Source: Acidimicrobiales bacterium
GTDB lineage: Bacteria > Actinomycetota > Acidimicrobiia > Acidimicrobiales > Bog-793
DNA length: 64,000 nt
Direction of reading: 5' to 3'
Assembly: GCA_052143575.1 (NCBI GenBank)
Contig: JBKQSP010000116.1
Coordinates: 205 to 64,204 of the forward strand
Shown one piece after another: positions 45,822 through 54,094 of the stretch. The notes beneath the pieces were generated by a model. That model saw only the letters and a program-made list of their open reading frames with translations. It made no database searches and had not been told where the DNA came from. The position numbers were made by a program, and so were the translations under genes. How positions within the stretch are numbered: position 1 is the stretch's first letter; each line of letters starts with the position of its first letter.

Positions 45822-46742
45822 ATGGGTTCGCCTTCAGATGCTGATCGGACGGGGATGACCGACACAAGGGCCACCGGAACGGCGCGGGTGAAGCGGGGAC
45901 TGGCGGAGATGCTCCGCGGGGGCGTCATCATGGACGTCGTCAACGCCGAGCAGGCAAAGATCGCCGAGGACGCAGGAGCCGTCGCCGTCATGGCGCTCGA
46001 GCGGGTGCCGGCCGACATCCGCCGGGACGGAGGTGTCGCCCGCATGAGCGACCCTGCCCTCGTCGAGGGCATCCAGAACGCCGTGACGATCCCGGTCATG
46101 GCCAAGGCCCGCATCGGCCACTTCGCCGAAGCCCAGGTGCTCGAAGCCCTCCGGGTCGACTACATCGACGAGAGCGAGGTGCTGACGCCGGCTGACGAGG
46201 CGTACCACATCGACAAGTGGGCATTCCAGGTGCCGTTCGTCTGCGGCGCCACGAATCTCGGCGAAGCGCTGCGGCGAATCAGCGAAGGCGCCGCCCTCAT
46301 CCGCTCCAAGGGCGAGGCTGGCACCGGCAATGTCGTGGAGGCCGTACGCCATCTCCGCTCCATCCTCGGTGACATCCGCAAGCTGGCGGTGGCCGATTCC
46401 GCCGAGCTCTACGGCTGGGCGAAGAACCTGCAGGCGCCCATCGACCTCGTCGAGGAGGTGGCGTCCGCCGGCAAGCTGCCCGTGCCGTTGTTCTGCGCCG
46501 GTGGACTGGCCACGCCCGCCGATGCAGCTCTCGTCATGCAGCTCGGTGCCGAGGCGGTCTTCGTCGGTTCCGGCATCTTCAAGAGCAGCGACCCGGCTCG
46601 CCGGGCGCGGGCGATCGTGGAGGCCACCGCTCACTTCGAGGACCCGGAGATCGTCGCCAAGGTGTCGCGGGGTCTCGGTGACGCCATGGCCGGCATCGAG
46701 ATCGGCGCCCTCGAGGTGAAGCTGGCCGAGCGCGGCTGGTAA
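45822..46742 (+). CDS. pdxS: Pyridoxal 5'-phosphate synthase lyase subunit
   Basis: '[45 protein letters not shown]' and '[15 protein letters not shown]' are near-identical to known PdxS. Start is ATG 45822 (leaderless geometry) or ATG 45855. Confidence 0.97.
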   Translation: MGSPSDADRTGMTDTRATGTARVKRGLAEMLRGGVIMDVVNAEQAKIAEDAGAVAVMALERVPADIRRDGGVARMSDPALVEGIQNAVTIPVMAKARIGHFAEAQVLEALRVDYIDESEVLTPADEAYHIDKWAFQVPFVCGATNLGEALRRISEGAALIRSKGEAGTGNVVEAVRHLRSILGDIRKLAVADSAELYGWAKNLQAPIDLVEEVASAGKLPVPLFCAGGLATPADAALVMQLGAEAVFVGSGIFKSSDPARRARAIVEATAHFEDPEIVAKVSRGLGDAMAGIEIGALEVKLAERGW

Positions 46743-46746
46743 CCGG

Positions 46747-47421
46747 GTGCCGTCGACGGGTTCGGCGCGCCCGAGAGCTGCCGCCCGAGTCGGCGTGCTG
46801 GCGCTGCAGGGGGACGTCCGCGAGCACCTTGCCGTCCTGCAGCAGCTCGGCGCCGCCGGGGTGCCGGTGCGCCGACCGATGGACCTCGAGGGCGTGCAAG
46901 CCCTCGTCCTGCCGGGTGGCGAGTCGACCACGATGTCTCTTCTGCTGGGATCCTCCGGCCTGCTTCCCGGCCTCGAGAAGCTCCTCGCCGATGGGCTGCC
47001 CGTCCTCGGCACGTGTGCCGGCATGATCCTGCTCAGCCGCAAGATCCTCGACGGGCGGAGCGACCAGGTGTGTTTCGGAGCCATCGATCTCGTCGTGCGC
47101 CGCAACGCCTTCGGGCGCCAGCTCGACTCCTTCGAGACGGACCTCACGCTCGCCGGCATCGATGGCGGCCCAATGCACGCCGTGTTCATCCGGGCGCCCG
47201 TCGTGGAGGAAGCCGGTCCCGAGGTGGATGTGCTCGCCTCGGTCGTGCTCGGCGGCAAGGGTGACGGGGAGCGAACCGCCGGCGAGGGCGGCAGGGGGCC
47301 GGCGCGGGCTGTCGTGTGCCGGCAGGGGACGGTGATCGTCGCCGCCTTCCATCCGGAGCTGGCCGGCGATGGCCGCCTCCATCAACTGTTGTTGGACCAG
47401 ATCGAAGTCGAGGGAGACTGA
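46747..47421 (+). CDS. pdxT: Pyridoxal 5'-phosphate synthase glutaminase subunit
   Basis: 'VGVLALQGDVREH', 'LVLPGGESTTM', 'GTCAGMILL' (catalytic Cys), 'AAFHPEL'. Confidence 0.95.
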   Translation: MPSTGSARPRAAARVGVLALQGDVREHLAVLQQLGAAGVPVRRPMDLEGVQALVLPGGESTTMSLLLGSSGLLPGLEKLLADGLPVLGTCAGMILLSRKILDGRSDQVCFGAIDLVVRRNAFGRQLDSFETDLTLAGIDGGPMHAVFIRAPVVEEAGPEVDVLASVVLGGKGDGERTAGEGGRGPARAVVCRQGTVIVAAFHPELAGDGRLHQLLLDQIEVEGD

Positions 47422-47424
47422 ACG

Positions 47425-48174
47425 ATGTCAGGTCACTCCAAGTGGGCGACGACCAAGCACCGCAAGGGCGCTGTGGACAAAGCGAGAGGAAAGCTCTTCG
47501 CCAAGCTCATCCGCCAGGTCGAGGTGGCAGCCCGCGAAGGCGGCGGCGACGTCAACGCCAATGCCACGCTGCGCACGATGTTCGCAAAGGCGCGGGACGC
47601 CTCGGTGCCCCTCGACACGATCGAGCGGGCCATCAAGCGGGGCACGGGCGAGCTCGAGGGCGTCCGGTACGAGGCGGTCTCCTACGAGGGATACGCCCCT
47701 TCCGGAGTCGCCATGATCGTCGAGTGCCTCACCGACAACCGCAACCGCACGGGGGCTGACATCCGCTCCCTCTTCTCCCGCAACGGCGGCTCGATGGCCG
47801 AGCCGGGCGCCGTCGCCTGGCAGTTCGACCGCAAGGGCGTCGTACTGCTCCCGAAGAGCGTGGGCGAGGACGAGCTCATGAGCGTCGCCCTCGAGGCCGG
47901 CGCCGAGGATCTCGCCGACGAGGGTTCCGACTGGATGCTGACGGCGGCGCCGTCCGATCTCCACGCCCTCAAGGTCGCTCTCGAGGAGGCCAAGATCCCG
48001 GTCGAGAGCGCCGACCTCGAGATGGTGCCGAACACGCGCGTGGAGATCGACAACGAGTCGACCGCCAAGCGGATCCTGAGGCTCATCGAAGTGCTCGAGG
48101 ACCACGACGACGTCCAGAACGTCTGGTCAAACTTCGACATCCCCGACGAGATCCTCGAGAGCGTCGAGCTCTAA
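47425..48174 (+). CDS. YebC/PmpR family DNA-binding transcriptional regulator
   Basis: 'MSGHSKWATTKHRKGAVDKARGKLFAKLIRQVEVAAREGGGD' is the invariant YebC N-terminus. Confidence 0.95.
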   Translation: MSGHSKWATTKHRKGAVDKARGKLFAKLIRQVEVAAREGGGDVNANATLRTMFAKARDASVPLDTIERAIKRGTGELEGVRYEAVSYEGYAPSGVAMIVECLTDNRNRTGADIRSLFSRNGGSMAEPGAVAWQFDRKGVVLLPKSVGEDELMSVALEAGAEDLADEGSDWMLTAAPSDLHALKVALEEAKIPVESADLEMVPNTRVEIDNESTAKRILRLIEVLEDHDDVQNVWSNFDIPDEILESVEL

Positions 48175-49019
48175 CCCGAGTCGCTGGACGTGCCCGTCTC
48201 GTCCGGGCCTTCCGGCGCCTCCGGCTCGGGCGCGGTGCTGAAAGCCTCTCGCAGGGCCGTCGCCAGCTCCGCAGCCGTGAGGGAGCCCAAGGCGGCGGCC
48301 AAGTCGGGGTCGTCGATCGTGGTCGTCAGCTGCCCGAGCTTGATCTCGACCGATCGCGGCCGCGGGGGAGCGTCGCTCGTGCCGGCAATCGGGATCCGGC
48401 CGAGTTGCGCCCGCAGCGACTCCGTCGTGGCGCCGAGCGCCGAGAGCGCCATCGTGGCCTGGCAGGCACCGTCGGCAAGCAGGGCGAGGAGCACATGCCC
48501 GGTGGTCATCGGCCCGCTTCCGGCGAGCTGGCGCGCCCGCTGCAGGGCGTCGACCGCAGCAGGGGACTGCCGCGAGGCCGAGGCCGTTCCCTTCGGCATG
48601 ATCTCGAGCACGCGTGCCCGCACCTCGTCGGCATCGACTCCGAGGAGCTCGGGGATCAACCCGCCGTCGCTGGCGACGCGCAGCACGCCAAGGGCCAGGT
48701 GCTCCGTACCGATGTAGTTGTGGCCGAGCGTGAGCGCCTCTCGCAGCGACATTTCGAGCGCCTTCTTCGCGCCTGGGCTGAAAGGCACCTTGGAGGCGCG
48801 CGTGTGCGTCTCGCCCGACGCCAGCCTGCCCGCCACCTTGTCCCGCACCGCCTCCACGCTGACCCCGAGCTCACCGAGCGCCATGGCTGCAAGCCCGTCC
48901 CCTTGCAGGAGGCCGAGAAGGAGGTGCTCGGGCTCGATGAAGCCGTGGCTGAGGTTCCTTGCCTCGTCCTGGGCGACGACGAGGACGCGGCGGGCCCGGT
49001 CCGTGAAACGTTCGAACAT
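48171..49019 (-). CDS. Orphan Clp N-terminal (Clp R) repeat domain protein
   Basis: 'MFERFTDRARRVLVVAQDEARNLSHGFIEPEHLLLGLL' plus a second repeat 'ALTLGHNYIGTEHLALGVL' and a third degenerate copy. No AAA+ module. The stop overlaps the yebC stop (CTAA). Confidence 0.8.
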   Translation of the reverse strand: MFERFTDRARRVLVVAQDEARNLSHGFIEPEHLLLGLLQGDGLAAMALGELGVSVEAVRDKVAGRLASGETHTRASKVPFSPGAKKALEMSLREALTLGHNYIGTEHLALGVLRVASDGGLIPELLGVDADEVRARVLEIMPKGTASASRQSPAAVDALQRARQLAGSGPMTTGHVLLALLADGACQATMALSALGATTESLRAQLGRIPIAGTSDAPPRPRSVEIKLGQLTTTIDDPDLAAALGSLTAAELATALREAFSTAPEPEAPEGPDETGTSSDSG

Positions 49020-49073
49020 GGTGTGACGGTACAGCCCCTGTCAAGACGGTGATATTTGATAGGGTCGTCCACC

Positions 49074-49484
49074 GTGGCGCAGAGCGAAGCCGGCGAGGGC
49101 GGGGCCAGCCCGAGCGACATCGGCCAGAGCGAGGCCGGCCAGAGCGAGGCCGGCCAGAGCGGGGTCGACTGGGACGACCTCCTCTCGCGGCTCGCCGAGC
49201 AGCCTCGAGAGGAAGGCTGGGTGACGCTGGAGGAGGCTTCCAGCGCAGCCGGTGTCGCACGTTCGACGCTGCGCTCGTGGTATCGCACCGGCCAGCTGCC
49301 CTCCCGCATGGTTGCCGGCGTGCATGGCCCGCAGCGTCTGGTCCCCCTCGAGGGCGTGCTCGATCGTGCCCTTCGGTCCTCACGTGTCCGCCGTCAGCTC
49401 GATCACGCCACGTCACTCGACGCAGAGGTCGAGGAGCTGCGCCGGCGTCTCGATGCGATCGAACGGCACTTGGGTTTCCGCTGA
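49074..49484 (+). CDS. MerR/excisionase-type HTH protein with N-terminal (G)QSEA repeats and C-terminal coiled coil
   Basis: HTH 'VTLEEASSAAGVARSTLRSWYRTGQLPS' and heptad-like 'DAEVEELRRRLDAIERHL'. Start is TTG 49056 or GTG 49074. Confidence 0.55.
   Translation: MAQSEAGEGGASPSDIGQSEAGQSEAGQSGVDWDDLLSRLAEQPREEGWVTLEEASSAAGVARSTLRSWYRTGQLPSRMVAGVHGPQRLVPLEGVLDRALRSSRVRRQLDHATSLDAEVEELRRRLDAIERHLGFR
49122..49162 (+). repeat. 15-bp tandem repeat GGCCAGAGCGAGGCC, about 2.7 copies, in-frame (GQSEA)n
   Basis: Read directly: 49122-49136 and 49137-49151 are identical, and 49152-49162 is partial. A degenerate copy 'cagagcgaagccggc' lies at 49079-49093. Confidence 0.9.
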
Positions 49485-49539
49485 TCCGGACACCACGGGC
49501 GAGCGGGCGAGCATCCGCGTTCGGCGCCGGCGGCGGGGT

Positions 49540-49545
49540 TACCAT
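49540..49545 (+). promoter_or_regulatory. -10-like hexamer TACCAT 7 nt upstream of the ruvC ATG 49553
   Basis: TANNNT, then 'cgaacgc', then ATG. No SD is present. Confidence 0.25.
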
Positions 49546-49552
49546 CGAACGC

Positions 49553-50068
49553 ATGTTTGTGCTCGGCATCGACCCCGGGTTGTCGCGCTGCGGCTACGGG
49601 TGCGTCACGCGTGCCGCGGGCGGCGGCGCCTACCGCACGATCGCCGCCGGGGTCATCACGACCCCTCCCTCCGAACCGCTGCCCGCCCGCCTGGCGACAC
49701 TGCGAGCCGACCTCGACGGCCTCCTCGGCGAGCTCAAGCCTGACGTCATGGTCATCGAGCGGATCTTCTTCCGCTCGAACGCCCGCACCGCCATGTCGGT
49801 CGGGCAGGCGAGCGGCGTGGCCCTCCTCACCGCCGTGGAGCACGGCTGCCGGGTGGCCGAGTACACGGCGGCCGAGGTGAAACTCGCCGTCACGGGCTAC
49901 GGCAATGCCCCGAAGGAGCAGGTGCAGGCGATGGTCGTCCGGCTGCTGCATCTGAGCGAGGTGCCTCGGCCGGCCGACGTCGCCGACGCTCTCGCCCTCG
50001 GCATCTGCCACTTGGGAGCGGCCGCATGGGAGCAGGAGCGGGCGATGATGAAAGGACTGGCGGGATGA
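49553..50068 (+). CDS. ruvC: Crossover junction endodeoxyribonuclease RuvC
   Basis: ATG 49553 within ORF 49049..50068. 'MFVLGIDPGLSRCGYG', 'VMVIERIFF', 'YTAAEVKLAVTGYGNAPKEQVQ', 'ADVADALALGICH'. Confidence 0.95.
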   Translation: MFVLGIDPGLSRCGYGCVTRAAGGGAYRTIAAGVITTPPSEPLPARLATLRADLDGLLGELKPDVMVIERIFFRSNARTAMSVGQASGVALLTAVEHGCRVAEYTAAEVKLAVTGYGNAPKEQVQAMVVRLLHLSEVPRPADVADALALGICHLGAAAWEQERAMMKGLAG

Positions 50069-50712
50069 TCGGCTACTTGCGGGGCACCGTCATCGAACGG
50101 AGGCCCGTCGGCGACACTGCCGTGGAGATCGTGCTCGACGTCGGCGGTGTCGGCTACCGCGTTCACGTGTCGCCACGACTGGCGGGGTCCTTCGGCTCGC
50201 TCGGCCCGGTCGGCTTCGCCGGGTTCGCCGGCTCGGCCGGACCCGAGGCAGCCCTCTCGATCCACACCCACGTCCGCGAGGGTGCCATCACCCTCTACGG
50301 CTTCGCCGACGCCGAGGAGCGACGCGCCTTCGAGCTGCTGCTGGGCGCCCACGGCGTCGGTCCGGCGCTCGCCCTCGCCATCGTCTCGGTGCACGGACCG
50401 GACCGCCTCGTCGAGATCGTCGCCAACGACGATATCGACGCCCTCACCCTTGTGCCCGGCGTCGGGCGCAAGACGGCGATGCGCCTCCTCGTCGACTTGA
50501 AGTCCCGCTTCGGTGAGCTCGACGGCTCGCTCTCGTCGGCTGTCTCCCTCCTCGGCGGGACGCCCTCGCCGGCGAGCGAGGTAGCCGACGCCCTCAGCCA
50601 GCTCGGCTACGGACCGGACGAGATCCGCACAGCCGTTCGCGCCCTGCCGCCCTCCGGTGGCCTCGAGGAGCTCCTGCGAGCCGCCCTTCGAGAGCTGGCG
50701 CCCCGCCGATGA
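50065..50712 (+). CDS. ruvA: Holliday junction branch migration complex subunit RuvA
   Basis: ATGA overlap with the ruvC stop. 'MIGYLRGTV', 'VGGVGYRVHVS', 'ERRAFELLLGAHGVGPALALAIVS', 'LTLVPGVGRKTAMRLLVDLK'. Confidence 0.95.
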   Translation: MIGYLRGTVIERRPVGDTAVEIVLDVGGVGYRVHVSPRLAGSFGSLGPVGFAGFAGSAGPEAALSIHTHVREGAITLYGFADAEERRAFELLLGAHGVGPALALAIVSVHGPDRLVEIVANDDIDALTLVPGVGRKTAMRLLVDLKSRFGELDGSLSSAVSLLGGTPSPASEVADALSQLGYGPDEIRTAVRALPPSGGLEELLRAALRELAPRR

Positions 50713-51932
50713 GCCCACGCAAGGAGGTCATCGGGGAGACACCGGCGGGAGAGCCACCGTTCGTGGTCCACCGCGGCGGCCCACCGCTCGAGGATCTCGA
50801 CTCGGCGGGGGAGCGGCCGCTCGATCTGGCCGCTGAGGACGACGAAGCCCTCCTCGAAGCGGGTCTGCGCCCACGCCGCCTGGCTGACTTCGTCGGGCAG
50901 GCGGATCTGAAGGAGCGCCTCGCCATCGTCCTCGAGGCCGCCCGCAAACGGGAACAGGCCGTCGACCACCTGCTCTTCGCCGGCCCGCCCGGACTCGGCA
51001 AGACCACCCTCGCCGGCATCGTGGCCGCCGAGATGGGGGCCAGCTTCCGGGTCACCTCCGGCCCGGCGCTCGTGCGCACCGGAGATGTCGCCGCCATCCT
51101 CACCGACCTGCAACCGGGCGACATCTTGTTCATCGACGAGATACACCGCCTCGGGCGTGCCGTCGAAGAGGTCCTCTACCCGGCCATGGAGGACTTCCAG
51201 CTCGACATCGTGCTCGGCAAAGGCCCGACCGCACGCTCCCTCCGGCTCGACATCCCTCGCTTCACCTTGGTGGGCGCCACCACTCGGACCGGCCTCGTGA
51301 CGGGACCGCTGCGCGATCGCTTCGGTTTCGTCGCCCGCCTCGACCACTACCGCCCACAGGAGCTGGAGGCGATCGTGCGACGCTCCGCTCGGCTCTTCGG
51401 GACCGAGCTGACACCCGATGGTGCCGCCGAGATCGCCCGCCGCTCCCGGGGCACGCCCCGGCTCGCCATCCGTTTGCTGCGACGGGTACGCGACTTCGTG
51501 GAGGTGCGAGGCGAGGGCGTCGTCACGCTCGAGTCGGCTCGCGAGGGCCTCGAGACCTTCGGCGTCGACGACCTCGGCCTCGACCGCGTCGACCGCATGA
51601 TCCTCGAGACGCTCTGCCTGGCCTTCCCTGGCCGTCCGATCGGACTCTCCACCTTGGCCGTCAGCGTGGGCGAGGAGCCGGAGACCGTCGAGGACGCCTA
51701 CGAACCCTTCCTGCTCAAGGCCGGTCTCGTGCTGCGTACACCGCGGGGGCGGATGGCGACGCCGGCGGCGTTCCACCACCTCGGCGTAGCCGTGCCGCCT
51801 CACCTGGAGCTCGAGAGCCGCCTCGGGCCCGAGAACCTCCACAACCGGACGGTACGGGGACGCGGCCGCCATCTGTCGCCCGACGGCCCCAGCCTGTTCG
51901 ACTCGCTGAGCGAGGACGACTCCTGCCCGTAG
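50709..51932 (+). CDS. ruvB: Holliday junction branch migration DNA helicase RuvB
   Basis: ATGA overlap with the ruvA stop. 'LRPRRLADFVGQ', Walker A 'GPPGLGKTT', Walker B 'ILFIDEIHR', 'TLVGATTR', 'RGTPRLAIRLLRRVRD'. Longer than usual at both termini. The N-terminal start is uncertain. Confidence 0.93.
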   Translation: MSPRKEVIGETPAGEPPFVVHRGGPPLEDLDSAGERPLDLAAEDDEALLEAGLRPRRLADFVGQADLKERLAIVLEAARKREQAVDHLLFAGPPGLGKTTLAGIVAAEMGASFRVTSGPALVRTGDVAAILTDLQPGDILFIDEIHRLGRAVEEVLYPAMEDFQLDIVLGKGPTARSLRLDIPRFTLVGATTRTGLVTGPLRDRFGFVARLDHYRPQELEAIVRRSARLFGTELTPDGAAEIARRSRGTPRLAIRLLRRVRDFVEVRGEGVVTLESAREGLETFGVDDLGLDRVDRMILETLCLAFPGRPIGLSTLAVSVGEEPETVEDAYEPFLLKAGLVLRTPRGRMATPAAFHHLGVAVPPHLELESRLGPENLHNRTVRGRGRHLSPDGPSLFDSLSEDDSCP

Positions 51933-51992
51933 GGAGTGCGCTGCAAGGAGTAAGGTGTCGGTCGACTCGAATCGACCCAGCGTAGGGAGCCG

Positions 51993-52559
51993 ATGTCCCC
52001 GTACCTCAACCAGGTGGGCCTTGTGTTCCACGGCCTCGGCCTGGTAGCCACCACAACCAAGAAGACGTCGAGCTCCTCCACGACTCTGTTGCTCCTCGTG
52101 GGCTTCGGCCTCTTGCTGTACCTGTTCGTCCTCCGTCCCCGCAGCCAGAGGATGCGCAAGGCGCAGCAGCAGAACCGAGAGGCCAACGTCGGCGACGAGG
52201 TCATGCTCGCCTCCGGCATCATCGGCCGCGTCACGGGCATCGAAGGCGATCGGGCCACGCTCGAGATCGCTCCCGAGATCGAGATCGAGATCGTGCGCCG
52301 GGCCATCAGCACGGTGCTCACGAAGGCGGACGACGAGCTGTCACTCGACGTCCCCCCCGATCCGGGCAGCGACGACTACCTGCTCGAGCACGGCTCCGAC
52401 GATGACGACGAGTACGACGACGAAAGCGACGCCGACGAGGACGCCTCCACCGACGACACCGATGCGGACGCCACGCACGCCGATACGAGCAGCACACCGG
52501 GATTGCCGGGCCCAGGAGCGGCCCTCGACCTCGGTAGGGAGGGGCATACGCACTCATGA
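51993..52559 (+). CDS. yajC: Preprotein translocase subunit YajC with long acidic C-terminal tail
   Basis: GGGAG upstream of ATG. TM 'LLLLVGFGLLLYLFVLRPRSQR' plus 'VGDEVMLASGIIGRVTGIEGDRATLEIAPEIEIEI'. A tail of about 75 aa is dominated by Asp/Glu. Confidence 0.88.
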   Translation: MSPYLNQVGLVFHGLGLVATTTKKTSSSSTTLLLLVGFGLLLYLFVLRPRSQRMRKAQQQNREANVGDEVMLASGIIGRVTGIEGDRATLEIAPEIEIEIVRRAISTVLTKADDELSLDVPPDPGSDDYLLEHGSDDDDEYDDESDADEDASTDDTDADATHADTSSTPGLPGPGAALDLGREGHTHS

Positions 52560-54094
52560 AGCAGCGCTCCTTGTTGGTGAGCGTGCTCCTCACGTTGCTG
52601 GTGTGCTTCGGGACCTTCGCAGGCGTCATCGCCGCCCACTGGAAGCCCATTCTCGGCCTTGACCTTCGCGGCGGGCTCTCGGTGACCTACGCACCGAAGC
52701 CGCTGCCCGGTCAAAAGGTGACCAACAGCGAGCTGCAGGACGCCGTTCAGGTCATGAGCGACCGCATCAACGCCCTCGGGGTCAGCCAGCCGAACATCTC
52801 CACCCAGGGCGGCAACGTCGTCGTGCAGTTGCCGGGCGTGAAGAACCCACAGGAGATCCTCAACATCGTCGGGACGACCGCTCAGCTCTTCTTCCGCCCG
52901 GTCATCGCCGGCGCACCGGCGTACCAGGCGCCCTCGAAGACGACCACGAAGCCGACCTACCAGATCCCGCCCAGCCCGGTCGGCGCCTACGCCTGGACCG
53001 CACAGTACGACACCGGTTCGGGGACCTCGTTCACGCTCTCGGTGCCGGCGGCGCAGCTCGAGGACCCCACCTACGCCGCCTACCAGTCGACGCCGCCCGA
53101 GAACGATGCCCTCTACGAGCACAGCAACATCATCCTCGACACGAGTAACTCGAGCGTCTGCAACGGGGCCACGCGGTGCGTGCTCGGCCCCGCCTACGCC
53201 ACCGGCGTCATCATCAAGAGCGCCTATGCCAGCGACACCGCCTCCGGCTGGGTCGTGATCTTCAACCTCACCTCGTCCGGCAGCCCCATCTTCAACTCGC
53301 TCGCCGCCAAGTACTACGGCACGCTCGTGGCCAACGACCTCGACGGAGAGATCGTGTCGGCGCCGATCATCGAGTCGAAGACCTTCCCCGGGTCGGGGCA
53401 GATCAGCGGCAACTTCGACTCCTCGAGCGCCAACAAGCTGGCGCTCGAGCTCAACTACGGCGCCCTGCCGGTGGCGCTCAAGCCGCTCACCTCGCAGGTC
53501 GTCTCCGCCTCCCTCGGCTCGGCCTCGTTGCACGCCGGCCTCCTCGCCGGCCTGCTCGGCCTCCTGCTCGTGATGGGCTACACGATCTTCTACTACCGAG
53601 CTCTCGGTGTCGTCGTCATCCTCGGCCTGCTCTCGACGGCGGGGCTGCTGTACGCCATCATCTCCACCCTCGGGCACAAGGAGGGCCTCACGCTCGACCT
53701 CTCGGGCATCACGGGCCTCATCGTGTCCGTCGGCATCACCGTCGACTCCTATGTCGTGTATTTCGAGCGATTAAAGGACGAAGTGCGAGCCGGCCGGTCC
53801 ATCCGATCGTCCGTCGACCGGGGCTTCCGAAGCGCCTACCGCACGATCCTGTCGGCCGACGCCGTCTCGTTCATCGGGGCCGCCGTGCTCTACATCCTCT
53901 CGATCGGGGCCGTGAAGGGCTTCGCCCTCATGCTCGGCATCTCGACCATCCTCGACGTCATCACGGCCTATACCTTCACGAGACCGCTCGTCATCCTGCT
54001 CGGCCGCAACCGCGTCTTCACCGACGCCCGCGGCCTCGGCGTCGCCCGCGGCCTCGCGACGGCGCCGACGCCGGCTGCGGAGGCCGGCATATGA
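52556..54094 (+). CDS. secD: Protein translocase subunit SecD
   Basis: ATGA overlap with yajC. 'GLDLRGGLSVTY', large periplasmic P1 domain, C-terminal six-TM bundle 'GITGLIVSVGITVDSYVVYFERLKDE'. Confidence 0.95.
   Translation: MKQRSLLVSVLLTLLVCFGTFAGVIAAHWKPILGLDLRGGLSVTYAPKPLPGQKVTNSELQDAVQVMSDRINALGVSQPNISTQGGNVVVQLPGVKNPQEILNIVGTTAQLFFRPVIAGAPAYQAPSKTTTKPTYQIPPSPVGAYAWTAQYDTGSGTSFTLSVPAAQLEDPTYAAYQSTPPENDALYEHSNIILDTSNSSVCNGATRCVLGPAYATGVIIKSAYASDTASGWVVIFNLTSSGSPIFNSLAAKYYGTLVANDLDGEIVSAPIIESKTFPGSGQISGNFDSSSANKLALELNYGALPVALKPLTSQVVSASLGSASLHAGLLAGLLGLLLVMGYTIFYYRALGVVVILGLLSTAGLLYAIISTLGHKEGLTLDLSGITGLIVSVGITVDSYVVYFERLKDEVRAGRSIRSSVDRGFRSAYRTILSADAVSFIGAAVLYILSIGAVKGFALMLGISTILDVITAYTFTRPLVILLGRNRVFTDARGLGVARGLATAPTPAAEAGI

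Noticed and set aside
52263-52292. A GAGATC hexamer repeated four times, with three copies in tandem at 52275-52292. Each contains a GATC site.
   Set aside because: It lies inside yajC and simply encodes 'EIAPEIEIEI'. This is most likely a coding coincidence rather than a methylation or regulatory array.
53176-54090. The first 305 codons of ORF 53176..55515, upstream of the secF ATG.
   Set aside because: This part overlaps secD out of frame. SecF homology ('LNYDIEFVGGTSW') begins after ATG 54091, which overlaps the secD stop.
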